A stretch of DNA of 63,040 bases, counting the filler, from Bigelowiella natans CCMP2755 (lineage: Eukaryota > Protista > Cercozoa), in the NCBI GenBank assembly GCA_000320545.1. It is 9 parts of 9 records of this genome, joined end to end, with 100 filler letters (N's around TTAATTAATTAA, not from the genome) between each part and the next. Parts side by side here need not be neighbours in the genome. Positions count along the whole stretch, not along the records: positions 10,386 to 18,724 come from ADNK01003604.1; positions 18,825 to 23,130 come from ADNK01001894.1; positions 23,231 to 35,422 come from ADNK01000472.1; 6 more parts are not named here. One strand, given 5' to 3'. A program made the translations under genes and the position numbers. How positions within the stretch are numbered: the first letter of the stretch is position 1; each line of letters starts with the position of its first letter. This document shows, one piece after another, positions 11,227-23,829 of the stretch. Under the pieces are notes generated by a model, which was given only the letters and a program-made list of their open reading frames with translations, was not told the DNA's origin and made no database searches.

Positions 11227-12511
11227 CACACTCACACACACGCATGCACGCACGCACCCGCACACACGCTCATACACACACAGATACATGATCTTCCTCC
11301 CCTTCGGCTGGATCGCTCTCCTACTGGGATGTGCGGTTGCCGGCAGCATGCTGCTGTACGATTCATGTGGATGTGAAGGCAGCTATACCTCTGAGTCGTG
11401 CGAGACGCTTCTACGGGTCATCGAGACAAATCTCGGCGACACGACGATGTCAATTGCGGATACGCCTCTAAGGATCTCCAGCTTCGTGAGGCCGTTAGTG
11501 GAATGCCCTGTGGTTGGCGACGGCAGCGTGGCCGCGTACGTCGCATGATCACGAGCGGGAAATGATGAATCAATGACACTCAACTGCACACTGACGCATG
11601 CTCCATTTTCGACATAAAGCGATGAGAGCTTTGGCCACCCCCCCCCCCCTCCCTTTTTCCCTCATAAAAAAGAAAGGATGTCTCATTTTTGCTTTGGTAG
11701 GTACGCGCAGGACGTGAGGAACGACTCAAACTTCGTCGATGTTTTGAACGTTTCCTCGATTTTCGAGTTCTCTGACGACTTCACGCCGTTGAAGTCGGTC
11801 CTTGGGGCCGCGGCACCTGGGGTTTCGTCGTCCCAGAACGATCCCTTGATTCTGTCTTCGGTTGCCTTCCTCAGGAGGACGCTCTTCCTGGCCGCTGGCA
11901 TTGAGGTGACAGCTTCTCCTCCCTATGACTTTGAGTCCGACCTCTCGATGTACGCCTTCTTGATGGATGATCTGCAAAACCCTGCCAGCCTCGGCACATA
12001 CTACACCAACCCCCCAGTCTCCGACCCGCTCCTCCAAGCTCGCGCCGACAGGGAGCTCCTGACAGCTCTCATCGCAAACACGTCCGCCGCTCAGAGGGTG
12101 TATGATGAGCTGAGAATGCAGCAGGGCTACCTGGCGGCGAACGCGACGAACACCTTCGGCGCGCTGCGAGCCGTCGGCGCGGAGCTGAATCGAACCCAGT
12201 CCAGACTGAGGCGCATCACGGAGAGAATAGGAGAACTGGTTGCCGGAAGCAATTCCATCAACAGCCGGACTCCGTGTGGGTATCTAGGGCGGGGGTACGA
12301 TGACGTCGCAGTTCAGGGCGCTTGCGAGAAGACGTATCTCAACTTCGAGGCCCTGGTCCCGGGGGCAATCGTGGCGTTGGTAGGAGTTCTGGTCGGCTTC
12401 TTCCTCATGGCCACAATGAGGGACTGCGTCCAGATATACCAGCAGCAGGCCGAGCACTTCGATGAGACGTCAGCTTACATATATCGCTACATTGAATTTC
12501 AATTGCAATGA
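10396..12511 (+). CDS. Multi-pass membrane protein, 5'-partial, possibly prominin/tweety-like
   Basis: Exons carry TM segments VVVVTAAVMALCLSGMVVMLLGFG, YMIFLPFGWIALLLGCAVAGSMLLYDSC and ALVPGAIVALVGVLVGFFLM. A large coiled loop ends in a PCGYLGRGYD...GAC Cys pair before the last TM. Confidence 0.6.
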
Positions 12512-13361
12512 TGCATGGGTCTATTGTCTCTCCCTTCAGTCATCAACCCCATACAGAAAATCGTTCTTAATCATGTGTGTCTTTCGCTTGCTGCCTATGA
12601 TACAGGAAACAGCCTCTGGTCAGAACCGATGCAAAACGGAAACCTGACTCAGTGGAGATGAACTCAGGAGCTGCTGAGCTAGGGGCCGGGCCAAGAAGGA
12701 AGGAAATGAAGCGCGCTGATAACTCTGCTACTACTACGACGATGGGAAGAATTTTGGCTTCGTAATGCACAACACAACTGTTTCTGATTCATTTTCAAGA
12801 ATCCAAAGCTATCTTCAATCAACATGCCAAGTAAATGATGATGAGAATGTACTTGAAATTTGTAAAGTTCATGGGTGCATGGCTAGATGGGATGCACGCT
12901 CACTCAAACGCAGGAAACAACAAAGCATTGTCTAGCTAGGCGCTAACAGCTACATGCATGCAACTTGTGTTTTCAAACATGTTGGGAAAATGAAATTCTA
13001 AATTACCTGCACACGTTGATGGGTGTAATTTTGGAACAAATCATGAGAGTTTGTGTGGCACAACAACAAGTCGTCTCAGTGTTGGGCGTTCATTTCTTTC
13101 CGTTCGAGGCCGCTGAAATGCCAGAATTGAGAGCGCTGCCCGTCTAGCCGTGAGACAGATCTAGAGATGCTCACTCATTGTTGCTCTGGTGCAGACCGAT
13201 CTAGCGATGTCACAAATGACAAGACTACTTGCACATGGGGTTCGTGGTGCCATGTTCAGCTACTCATTCTGTTGGTTGCAGCTTCAAGTGCATGCGACAC
13301 GTTTCACGCATGCATTCATGATTTTTTATTGGATTGGTTGATTTCGCGATGAATCCTTAAT

Positions 13362-14842
13362 TCAAACTTCTTGGACAGAAAAACATTCACAATTTGTTAG
13401 AGCATCCCAAACCTCCCTGAACGACTGAACTGGAGGCACGTAAGCATAGTAGAGATACAGTAGAAGAGCGGCTATTACTGCCCACCCATCAACATCATCT
13501 TCGAAGTTGTATGCTTCATCATCCTCGATCCCTTCGCTATAAACCTCATCGTTCCCAATTTGTGTGACAATAGCAGCAAATAATGTGGGAACTATGAGAA
13601 ACCCAATAATTCCAATTAACACCATGAGCTTAGTGATTTTTTGCAATGCTGCCTCAAAATTTCTTCTATGACGAGCTCTGTTCTCCTCAGAACGACTTTT
13701 AGCGGTATATGATTCAAGGGGCTTGGGGGTTGGCTGCACATTTAGCGACTTAATAGAATTTTTTGCGCTCTTTGCTTCACGATGGCCTCTTACTTTCCTC
13801 TCGGCTGTATAAGATACACTGTTTTCTACCTCATTATTTGCATCCGCAGATGCTTTCATGTCAGACATCTCTTGTGCTTTCAACGACGTGTCAGTATGAC
13901 TTGTGCGCATAGGATTAATGTTGCCGCGGGACTGTGATCTGATATTACTGTTGCTTCGACTGGTACTATGTTTAGTTTTTGGGATTTTCGACATCACTTC
14001 ATAAAGAGCCCCTCTGAGTCTATACAGAGACCATTCGGAGAAAAATATTGCAAAAGCAAATGCGACAAATGCTGCTAAGAGCCGGAGTGAACTATATTGG
14101 ACATTGTTAGTGACCAATGTCCCGATCACCTAGTGTAACAAATATCACGTCAATTTCTGACAGAGGATGTCCCAAATATGATTTAACGACCGAGAGAACT
14201 CCAATAAATATCGAAATGCTTGCAATGGCAATGTAAAACGTTTTCATCTTCGTGGGAAGACGTTTTGTCAAGTTCACAGAGTTGTAACTTGCGTGTAGGA
14301 GAACCCAGGTCCAGTACAAAGCGGTGAGAATCGTAATCATCTATTTTGAATTGTAGGTCACCCGAATACACATGAACTTATGGCCAATCGTACTTACCAC
14401 CGAGATACTTCCAATAATCAACTGTGCCTGCCACCCAGCATATCCTGGTTCCCGGAGTATCTGTATAAACACCAAAATGTTATCATGATTGTAGAATTAT
14501 GGCGGATCATAATGTGAGATTTGGAGCAAAACTCTTACTATGAAGAACGTCATCGCGAACGGAATGTTAGCAGCAACCAAACTAAAGAAGCATTATTTTC
14601 ACTGTCTCAGATCTTCAGCACATCACAACTTGGATAATTACAGTTGGATATTGCGCTTCTGCTGGTTTTGAGTTGGACTTGCTAGCTCCGCCATCACATA
14701 AACCCCAATCATGGCGAGAACAATGACCTTCAAGACATCTGCGACAATTTTGAACAACAAAGAAAAAGCCAACTGAGCCACCGAGGTTGAATGTCCATCT
14801 TGCAGCCAAAACACCTGAGATGATCCATCCTTGGTCCACCAT
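13362..14842 (-). CDS. Seven-transmembrane (GPCR-like) protein, about 6 exons
   Basis: Spliced model MVDQGWIISDVLKVIVLAMIGVYVMA... gives seven hydrophobic segments with a long polar loop between TM5 (LLAAFVAFAFAIFF) and TM6 (LMVLIGIIGFLIVPTLF); TM7 is GWAVIAALLLYLYYAYV. Confidence 0.7.
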
Positions 14843-16774
14843 GGGTCCTCGTCCAATTTCGGGCTTGGGGGGAGGGGGGAGTCCAAGAAGCAGCACAAAC
14901 TGAGTTTCCGACCGGGGTTCAAACTTTTCGGTCATCCTGGGTTGAAAGAAAACCGGGTACTACCGGGCCTTGGATTTGGTGAGGACAATCAGTGGCAGTA
15001 CACAGTGCGCGACATGCACATTGCGCTGGTCTGTGCGTGTGTGCACCATGAATTATTACCTAAAAAACACTCGAATGCTTTTTCATCGCATGAAAATGAA
15101 TGAATTATTACCTAAAAAACCGTGGCAGCAGTCAGTATATGCTGCTGCTGCTGGTGGTGGTGGTGGTGGTGGTACTGCACGTTAGTTCTTCATTAATGGT
15201 ATTGTTCTTTTGGCATTATTATCTGCTGATCTAGTATGATGTTTTTGCTACTTCATTTGTTCTTTCTTTTTCTTTTCTTTTCTTCATCTGCATTGCCAAT
15301 CTTCTCTTCCATCCTTCTTATCCCCCCCCCTCCTCTTTGTATTTTTTAGTACTAAATTATTATGACGATGAGGATGAGACTGATGATGATGATGATGATA
15401 ACAGATTGCTCGTTGAGTATGAATTTCCTCCTTACTCGGTTAACGAGACTGGGCGAACAACCCAAGGAAGAAGAGAGGTAAGAGTACTATCTAATGATGA
15501 TGATGATGTTCATATCATAATCACAAAAAATCTGTAATTTGGAAGATTGGCCACGGAGAACTAACAGAAAAATCATTACGTCACACGATTTCCTACTACG
15601 ACGACGAAGATGATCGAAGATGTAATAACTGTGAGAAGGCAAGTGTTGTGCTCTGCGACATGGACGCAATTTCAGGCGATGTGCACAAAAACAAGTGCCA
15701 GTTGTGCCGATCATGTGTGAATGTGTGTGGGTTTTGTTTCAAAACCTGGATGTTTTCGCGTGAAGTCTCGCTAGCTCACTTGTTGGTTCGCCCATCGTCT
15801 TCAACGCAGGTCATTCTCTCAAGCTGCACTCGTGGAGCAACGCTCTTTTGCACTCAACGTCTTTTTTTGTTTGCGATTGTTTTTCTCTCTGTGTTTTTCG
15901 AGTGCACGCGTTGGTTGTCTTTTTGTTTGTCATTTTTGGTTCTTTGAGGAATTCCAACAATGCGTGTGTGCGAGTCAACGTGACCCAATCCTTTCAACCG
16001 CTTTTGTGGAACTGCTTCGTTTGTTCATTGACAAGCCATTGATGCACGTCGCACACTGTTGGACTGCTAGACTGGCACACATCGACTCGCACGGTGCCCG
16101 CGCAGCTGACTTTCGGCGTGACACCGTGTGTGCAGCACTGCTCTGGTGCCCGTGTGTGCAGCACTGCTCTGGTGCTAGACTGTCTAGCTGTGCACGTTGT
16201 TGTGCAACACAGCCAGACAGCACGTGTTGCATGCAGTTTCGTTGCACGTGCGTGGTGCCGTCTAGCCGTGCACTGCGTCCAACGACACACACGTGTGCAG
16301 ACAGGAAGAAACCAAGGCAACCTCAATTTGTGTTCACCGTTGTTGACTTGAACAACCCTGCATTCCTTCTGGCCTTCACAAGCATCGCATGAGCTAGTGC
16401 ACCAAAAAACAATCACATTGAAAGTCATGCCATCTGGCATGCGCGCATTCAGTTGTGCACTTGCTTTCGCCGGTTGTCTGAGAACGTGCACAGCAATTGC
16501 AACTTCTGATGCTCACTTTTGCTTGTTCTGATGTTGGGTAGTGATGTGCACATGCAAACTCCTAGATGCGACAATCTTGTCCATCATCTGCACGAGAAGC
16601 TGGGAAAAAGAGAACGTTGCCATTGGACAAACATGCGCTCACAATTTGCACATGAAATTTGCTCGCACGAGCTACATTGACAAGTTGGAGAAGTCAATGC
16701 AACACATGTGAGCATGAAAATTCTTTTGCATTGGAATTCGGCTCCTCATGCTCAAGAAAGTGAGTCGCTGCGAC

Positions 16775-16950
16775 TCAACTCTCGTCCTCCCTTTTTTTTT
16801 TTTTTTGGAGTTTCTTCTCTTTCCGAATGGCTGCTTTCTTCCGCCGTTGTTCTTCTCGCAGAATCTCCTTAGCCTTCCTCTTCTTTTTGCGTCTTTCATT
16901 TTTCTCAAGATCTTCCTGCAAAGTACACAACAAATATGAATGTAACCGTT

Positions 16951-16999
<49 letters not shown>

Positions 17000-17012
17000 A
17001 TGTGGTGTGCGC

Positions 17013-17053
<41 letters not shown>

Positions 17054-17784
17054 CAATTGCTTGTTTGTTTCAATTATTCAACGTTCTCGCTACCTTTAGA
17101 TGACAGTATAGAACACCCTCGCGGTTTTTAATATTTTCAATGTGCATTCTGACGAGCTCGAAGAACTGATGAAAAAAGAGGTAGGACGAAAATCAACAGA
17201 TGGCGCTTACCGGTGATGGTGGCAAACAAAAGTAATCGTTCCAAATAATGGAAATATGATGTTTTGGTTTGCAGTATTATTCGCGCTGGATCAGTTTTTG
17301 TGCGATTTGGATGGAACGATCATTCCAAAACACAAAGTCGTGATAAGAGCAGGATATTATTTACGATGTCGTTGCCTCAGAACATGATGATGCATCATTA
17401 CCCTCTGTTTCCCTTGCCCTTCATGAATTTTCCTTCCTAGCTTCTTGATCTAAAAATGCGTGTGTTAGTAGTAGCAGCAGCAGCAGTAGTGGTAGTGAAG
17501 AACACACGACCAAAACAATAAGCTCTATCTCTGACTCTCCCATGCGGAGGGAGATTGCCTCCTGCACATTCTATTCCCTTCCCTCCATCAACTTCCCCTT
17601 ACCACCTGCTCTGCGAGATCTTTCGGCTTGATCCTTCCAACAAGCTGGAGAATGAGGAAGAGAATGGGGATCGACCAACCACAACAGCAGCAGAAACAAC
17701 AACAACAACGCGCAAAGACATAAAAATGAAAATAGTATTTTGGTACACGGCGATGTCTAAATACGTACATTATATATATATAAA

Positions 17785-17850
<66 letters not shown>

Positions 17851-18031
17851 TAACGATGACTTCGAAAAAGGCGTCTCCCCCTCCCCCCCCCCCCTTCTTC
17901 CTTTGTGTGGGATAGTAGGCTACCGTTCCCCTGATGATCTTTTTAATATCTGCGTAGGTCGGCATTGTGTCCTCCACGTCCTCTTCACCGGATGATTCAT
18001 TCTGATGAATGATGAGAATAGGGGTACAAGA

Positions 18032-18063
<32 letters not shown>

Positions 18064-18414
18064 AGTACATTCATTCAATGTATGCTTTTCATCATGTGTC
18101 TAATTGATTGTCCATACATTTCCTTTATAAAATCCATCTGCATTTCTCGTCTTCTCCTCAATTCGCCACCAAACCACCACCACCAACGTTATCATCATCA
18201 TCATCATCATTATCATTATCATCATCATCATCATCATCGTCGTCGTGTCTTCTTTGCCAACGGCATCACCGTAATATTACCTCTCCCTCTGCCTCGTTGT
18301 CACTAATCGATCACATAACCATGACGACGACGACGGCGATTATGATACAGATTTAATTATAAGCGAGTGTGAGAATGAGCATGGAAGGGACGATAAAGAG
18401 TAGGAGGAGGAAAG

Positions 18415-18495
<81 letters not shown>

Positions 18496-18690
18496 GGTGT
18501 CGTAGTATACGCAATGCGTTGTCCAATATGCATCATATATACTGGATGCTAAGATCGATGAAACACGCACCTATCCTCTTCTTCACCATCCTGAGGCACT
18601 TTGACGTCCTCGCCAGAATCCATATCCATCGAGGAGGAGTCGTCGTCGACCGAACTATCAGAGCTGCATGGAGAGTCGGGAAGAAGGAAC
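16775..18690 (-). CDS. Multi-exon protein of unknown function, acidic segments and Lys/Arg-rich C terminus, 5'-partial
   Basis: GT-AG-bounded exons: SSVDDDSSSMDMDSGEDVK, IYDAYWTTHCVYYDT, NESSGEEDVEDTMPTYADIKKIIRGT, LVGRIKPKDLAEQV, FFELVRMHIENIKNREG, EDLEKNERRKKKRKAKE...EDES*. Confidence 0.6.
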
Positions 18691-18824
18691 GCAACGATAA
18701 TAAGAAATGCGCGGTGGTGTATGGNNNNNNNNNNNNNNNNNNNNNNNNNNNNNNNNNNNNNNNNNNNNTTAATTAATTAANNNNNNNNNNNNNNNNNNNN
18801 NNNNNNNNNNNNNNNNNNNNNNNN

Positions 18825-19288
18825 CGCTGCTGCTTCTAGACGACGAAGATTACGACCGTGCGCCCCCGGAGCAGATCAAGGTTAGTGCTAGCTTGCAGAA
18901 CATTCCAACCATACAGCTGATGATATAATCAGCAAGTGTTATAATAATAATAATCAGTGCTGGATACTTGGAGGAGGAGGGGGAGGAGGAGGATGAAGTG
19001 GCGACCAACAACAGGTGTCGGGGGGCGAATGCGCAACAATCTAAAACGCGCATTTCCTGGTGTTTCGCTCTTCTTCTTACCCCTTCGCTATGAGAAAACC
19101 GTTGTCGGTCGCCCCTTCTTCCTCCTCCTCCCCCTCCTCCTCTAAGTATCCAACACTTATTATTATTATTATCCCACTTGCTGTATATATCATCAGCTCT
19201 ATGGTTGGAAAGTTCTGCAAGCTAGCTCTAACCTTGATCTGCTCCGGGGGCGCACCATCGTCATCTTCGTCGTTTAGTAGCAGCAGCG
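18825..19288. repeat. Long imperfect inverted repeat (arms ~18825-19015 and ~19099-19288)
   Basis: gtgcgcccccggagcagatcaaggttagtgctagcttgcagaac in the left arm pairs with gttctgcaagctagctctaaccttgatctgctccgggggcgcac in the right arm, with scattered substitutions. Confidence 0.95.
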
Positions 19289-19994
19289 GCGGAGGCGGTG
19301 GCGAGGGAGGAGGGAAGGAGAAGCAAAGGCGGCAAAAGCAGATAGACTTAGCCATTTTATGGCGCATGTACGACTGGGATACGACGTCCGCCGTGTCGCG
19401 AGCCGTCTCTTCCCTTCTTAATGGTAGTTGTTATTTATTACTAGCTTCCTAAAGATGCAGCCCCCTACCACGAACTACTACCTAGAAGCTGATATGAGTT
19501 GCCTGATGTGCCTGCACATGAACATCCGCCATTTTTCAGCCGTTACCTGCCATTACCATCATCATCATCATCATCAATCAAGCTTCTCGTCATATACTTT
19601 TACTTTTCTTCCCTTTTCTCACCCTCCCCCCCCCCCCCCCCCCCCCTTATCCAAAGATATGTCCGACGACGAGAGAGTGCACCGTGCCCGCGACATCCAA
19701 AACCTGGGCGAGATGTTCCTCTGGATTGAAAATGAATGCAGGCAGGAGGAGGACGGCAAGCGCCGGTCGCCCCTCGAAGTCTTAACCACGGTACAACGAC
19801 GATACAAAGATGATGATGGTGATGGTGATGATGATGATGATGATCGTCTAACGAATGAGCGCGTGAGATCTCAAATGATGCCGCCCCCCAGCGCCTCTTC
19901 TTACATCGCGTAACCCACCCCTCCCCCTCCTCCAGGCTTGTGAGCAGACGGGATAATGAGCGGAAAAAGCCGGTTCAGCCACCACAATGAATGA
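18841..19994 (+). CDS. Probable 3' exons of an unknown gene, 5'-partial
   Basis: Exon-like segments DEDYDRAPPEQIK|IDLAILWRMYDWDT|FLKMQPPTTNYYLEADMSCLMCLHMNIRHF and DMSDDERVHRARDIQNLGEMFLWIENEC...VLTT|ACEQTG; one junction phase is unresolved. Confidence 0.4.
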
Positions 19995-21335
19995 GAAAAA
20001 CTAGGAGCGGGAAGATAACCTCCCGCGTCCCTTGTTAACTAGTTGCGTATTGTTGCTTCTAGCCCAACTACTCAAGACACAAGCGTGCTTGAGGAAAGAA
20101 ATGATGATGAAATGAGAAGTCGAACAACGAAGAAGAAGGGAATACTAATACCACTACTACTAATAATAATTGAGACCACCAAGCAAGGAGGTGAGACTAG
20201 AGGAGGATACAAGGATTTATGTTTAATAAGCGCGAATGAATCATATAAATGGGCGTTAGCAGTCAAGTTGTTTATTTGGTTCTTCGTTATCGTCGTCGTG
20301 AAATATATCATACGATTACATAGATTCTTGTTCTTTCATCTTGAAAGAATATGTCTTTCCTCCCCCCCCCACCACCACCCCTTTCTCCTTTCTCTACAAA
20401 ATGAACGAAATTCCCACGAAATGCCAGCTCCAGCGTTATAGCCCGATAAGTTAAATTTTCCAATCTTCGGGTTTTTACGGAGCGACGTGTCGTATCCCTC
20501 AACGAAATGAAAGTTGTACATAGTCCAAACCAGCTCGTTTGAATGCGCCTACTGTTTTTTACAAGGCTGCGTTGTGCTGTCTTCTCTTCTGCTACCACTA
20601 CCAATGAAAAACAATGCATTTTTTGCGTCGATCGACCGAATGTCAGCCGGTAATAATCAGTCACGCATCGTCATTTTCAGAAATTATGAAGGTTGCATGC
20701 ATGCATGCATGCATGCATGATGAAAATACGTCATTGTGCGCGGCTGCTGTATTCATTCGTGTGGGTTGCTGCTGTAACAACACAGTTGCATCGCATGCGT
20801 GATCAAGCAGATGTAGTGCGCCATGTCTTATTTGCTAAATCGATCTAGACATCTAGACATGCTAGCGCGCACGCTGCTGGCACTACGTACTAGCTAGCTA
20901 GACTAGCTAGAGCGACGAGCATGCTGTAAACTCATCTACAATAGACATACGTATACATAATATGTACGTACATGTATCGTAACATATGTTATACATGCAA
21001 TACATACTAAGTCTGTGGTATCTCATTTGCTATGTGGTGCAATTTTAGAATTGCATTGCTAGCTAGCTAGATTAGCTGGATTAGCTAATTACTTGATTAA
21101 TGCTATCATTGATCGAACCAACCTCATATGGGAGCGCATACATACACAATGATGAAAAATGACCATTTTTACATGCACATATTGCACAGCATGCTAGTAT
21201 GGCGGGTGATGTGCCAAGCTCTAGAGCTCATTATTTGATGCGACTTCAACTCAGCCACACGGGCACGTGCGTAGGTCCTCACATCGCATGCTGCCCTATG
21301 TCACCCTCTTCCAGCTCGGCATTTGCTTCCAATTA

Positions 21336-22268
21336 TCAGCCTGGCGAGGCATTGTACCGTGAATTGAAAAGCGGCAGATTAGATTCGATTCGGTAGTTCT
21401 GCGCAATGCAAGCCTCTGCTACGAGAAGGAACATGATAGTAAATATGAGACAACGCTGCGCTCTTCCCTTGGGTAGGAGGGAGATAACAACTTTGTCTGA
21501 TACGCCCTGGTACAACATATCCCCTTCGAATGTCAACCCCTTGTATCTGGGGAAGGGGGGGGGGGGAGAAGGAGAACGAAGATAGAATTATAGGCAGTTG
21601 CTGTTGAAGATAACTAGCAAAGCCAACAATAAGGCTTTTTGATAAAGATATGTACATCGCATTATACGAATTTAGGTCCGGTGTGCACATAAATACACGA
21701 AGAAGTATGCAAGTAATCGAATAGGTAAAATTCACCATAATTTATATATATTAGACTAGTAATTCCGATAAAAACATTTATTTGTAATCAACCACCCCGC
21801 CCCCCCCCTCCCCTCCCCTCAAGTACTTTCTAGCCCTTCTGAGCATCCCGACGAGCGTATCCGATATGTCTTGATATGCTGTAAAGAGCTTGCCGAAATT
21901 GACCTAAGAGGGCCACCAATAATTGTAGATAGACCGTGTGAGAGGAATACGCAGTATAAAACGAAGATAAATGAAGAGAAAGAGACTGCACATATATGTG
22001 AAAACCATACACCCCGAGCCTTCCTGGGAAAATACGCATTTAGAGATGCAGAGGCGACGCAAGCGATAACAATCTCATAGGATATCCGAATATACACGCA
22101 CTTGGTGATGGCCTTGTGGACCCTTTGAGCCCTCCCTCTTTATCACCGTTAGCAAGATTCCTAGAAGCAGAGGAGGGAGACGATGACGATGACGACGACG
22201 AGCAGCAGCAGGGATGCAGCAATTAGAATCGATAACAAGCCAAAGGAAACGGCATTTCAAAACACACG

Positions 22269-22307
<39 letters not shown>

Positions 22308-22821
22308 GGAGAGAGGGCGAGAGAGAGAGATATATATGCAAGATCCGAACTACGCCATAAACGAAGAGACTACCGATTTGCTGCTTCACCCACAGCTTGG
22401 CTTTCTCCGCTCTCATTGCGGACTTGGACCCAGGCAGCGCCTTCCCATAACCCTTCTGTCCTTTGTGCAAGACGCTTTTCCTATCAGCCTTCGAGTCGTA
22501 GTGTTTGGAGAAAATGTTATGCTTCATCTCCTCCTTGGCTTTGTTTGCTCGCTTGTTCCACAGGCTGATAATCGCGATTCGCTTCTTCTTCTTGCCGCCT
22601 TTGGTGCCCGCTGTTTTTGGTTGCGGTGCGGGTTTTTGCTGGATAGGCTTCGCTGCCGCTGATGCCTGGTTTGCTTCCTTGACGTCGAGACTTTCTAGAC
22701 CTTTCCCATCCTCGCCACCGCCTAGTGTGGTCGTGAAAACAGATTCCCTACACGTGAGAGGAGTAGCTACGAATTGCTCTACACACACACACACGCACAC
22801 ACAACCAGAGCGAGAGCGAGA

Positions 22822-22869
<48 letters not shown>

Positions 22870-23015
22870 GAGAGCTTGCGCTCACTCTTTTAATGTATAT
22901 TGAGCTAGTCTTCCGTGTTTTCGGCGGGAAAGGCATCAATTTCACCTAGCATGGTATCCTTCTTCACTCCAGCCGTCGAGGAGGAGGAGGACTCCTGCTC
23001 CTCAAAGCGACGTAT
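21336..23015 (-). CDS. ABRA/STARS-like actin-binding protein with C-terminal Costars domain, 5'-partial
   Basis: NIFSKHYD...LHKGQKGYGKALPGSKSAMRAEKAKLWVKQQI|GILLTVIKREG...|VNFGKLFTAYQDISDTLVGMLRRARK|YKGLTFEGDMLYQGVSDKVVISLL matches the ABRA C-terminal and Costars consensus. Confidence 0.88.
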
Positions 23016-23368
23016 CTTCACAAGGAGAACACGAACCAAATAAAGAGAACAGCGCGTCGTTGTCATATCCACACGCAACTCATGCGGACGGACACACATA
23101 TTATATATATAATATATATATATATATATANNNNNNNNNNNNNNNNNNNNNNNNNNNNNNNNNNNNNNNNNNNNTTAATTAATTAANNNNNNNNNNNNNN
23201 NNNNNNNNNNNNNNNNNNNNNNNNNNNNNNAAATGTAGTAGAACGGCCTTTGTTTCTACCACACAACAATTTATCATTACAACTAAATGTAGCGAAATCA
23301 TTATCGATGACGCGAATAGCGACGATCGTGTCAGAGTAAAAAATGCGCTGCTTATTCAAAAAAAAAAC

Positions 23369-23402
<34 letters not shown>

Positions 23403-23485
23403 TTAACAACAATAACAAGAATATTATCAACAATAACCACGTGATTCGGAGCTCGGTTTTGAAAGCATTTGCTATTGACGCTCAG

Positions 23486-23794
23486 GTCCGGCAGCAGCTG
23501 GTGCGACTAGCTGCGCGTGTTGGTGAGCTCGAGCGGCAAAGACAACGAGAGGTTGAGGAGAGAGCGAGGCGTGAGGAGGATGAAAAAAGGACTTCAGAAC
23601 AACGGGAGAAGAAGCAGGAGGAGAGGCGGAAGGCTGCGGAGGAGGAGCTCGAGAAGAAAGAGCAGAAACGCATTCTCGATGGCATTGCTAAGGAGAATAA
23701 GAGGCGTGAGCGTGCAGATAGGAGGATGGCAAAGCGAGCGAAAGCTGGGACAACAACGGGGACGAAGGGGTTCTTTTGAGATATATATGTGTGC

Positions 23795-23829
<35 letters not shown>

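Noticed and set aside
14960-15615. Possible small plus-strand spliced gene and a 22-bp direct repeat (atgaattattacctaaaaaac)
   Set aside because: Splice-like sites are present, but I could not build a consistent reading frame or recognise a product.
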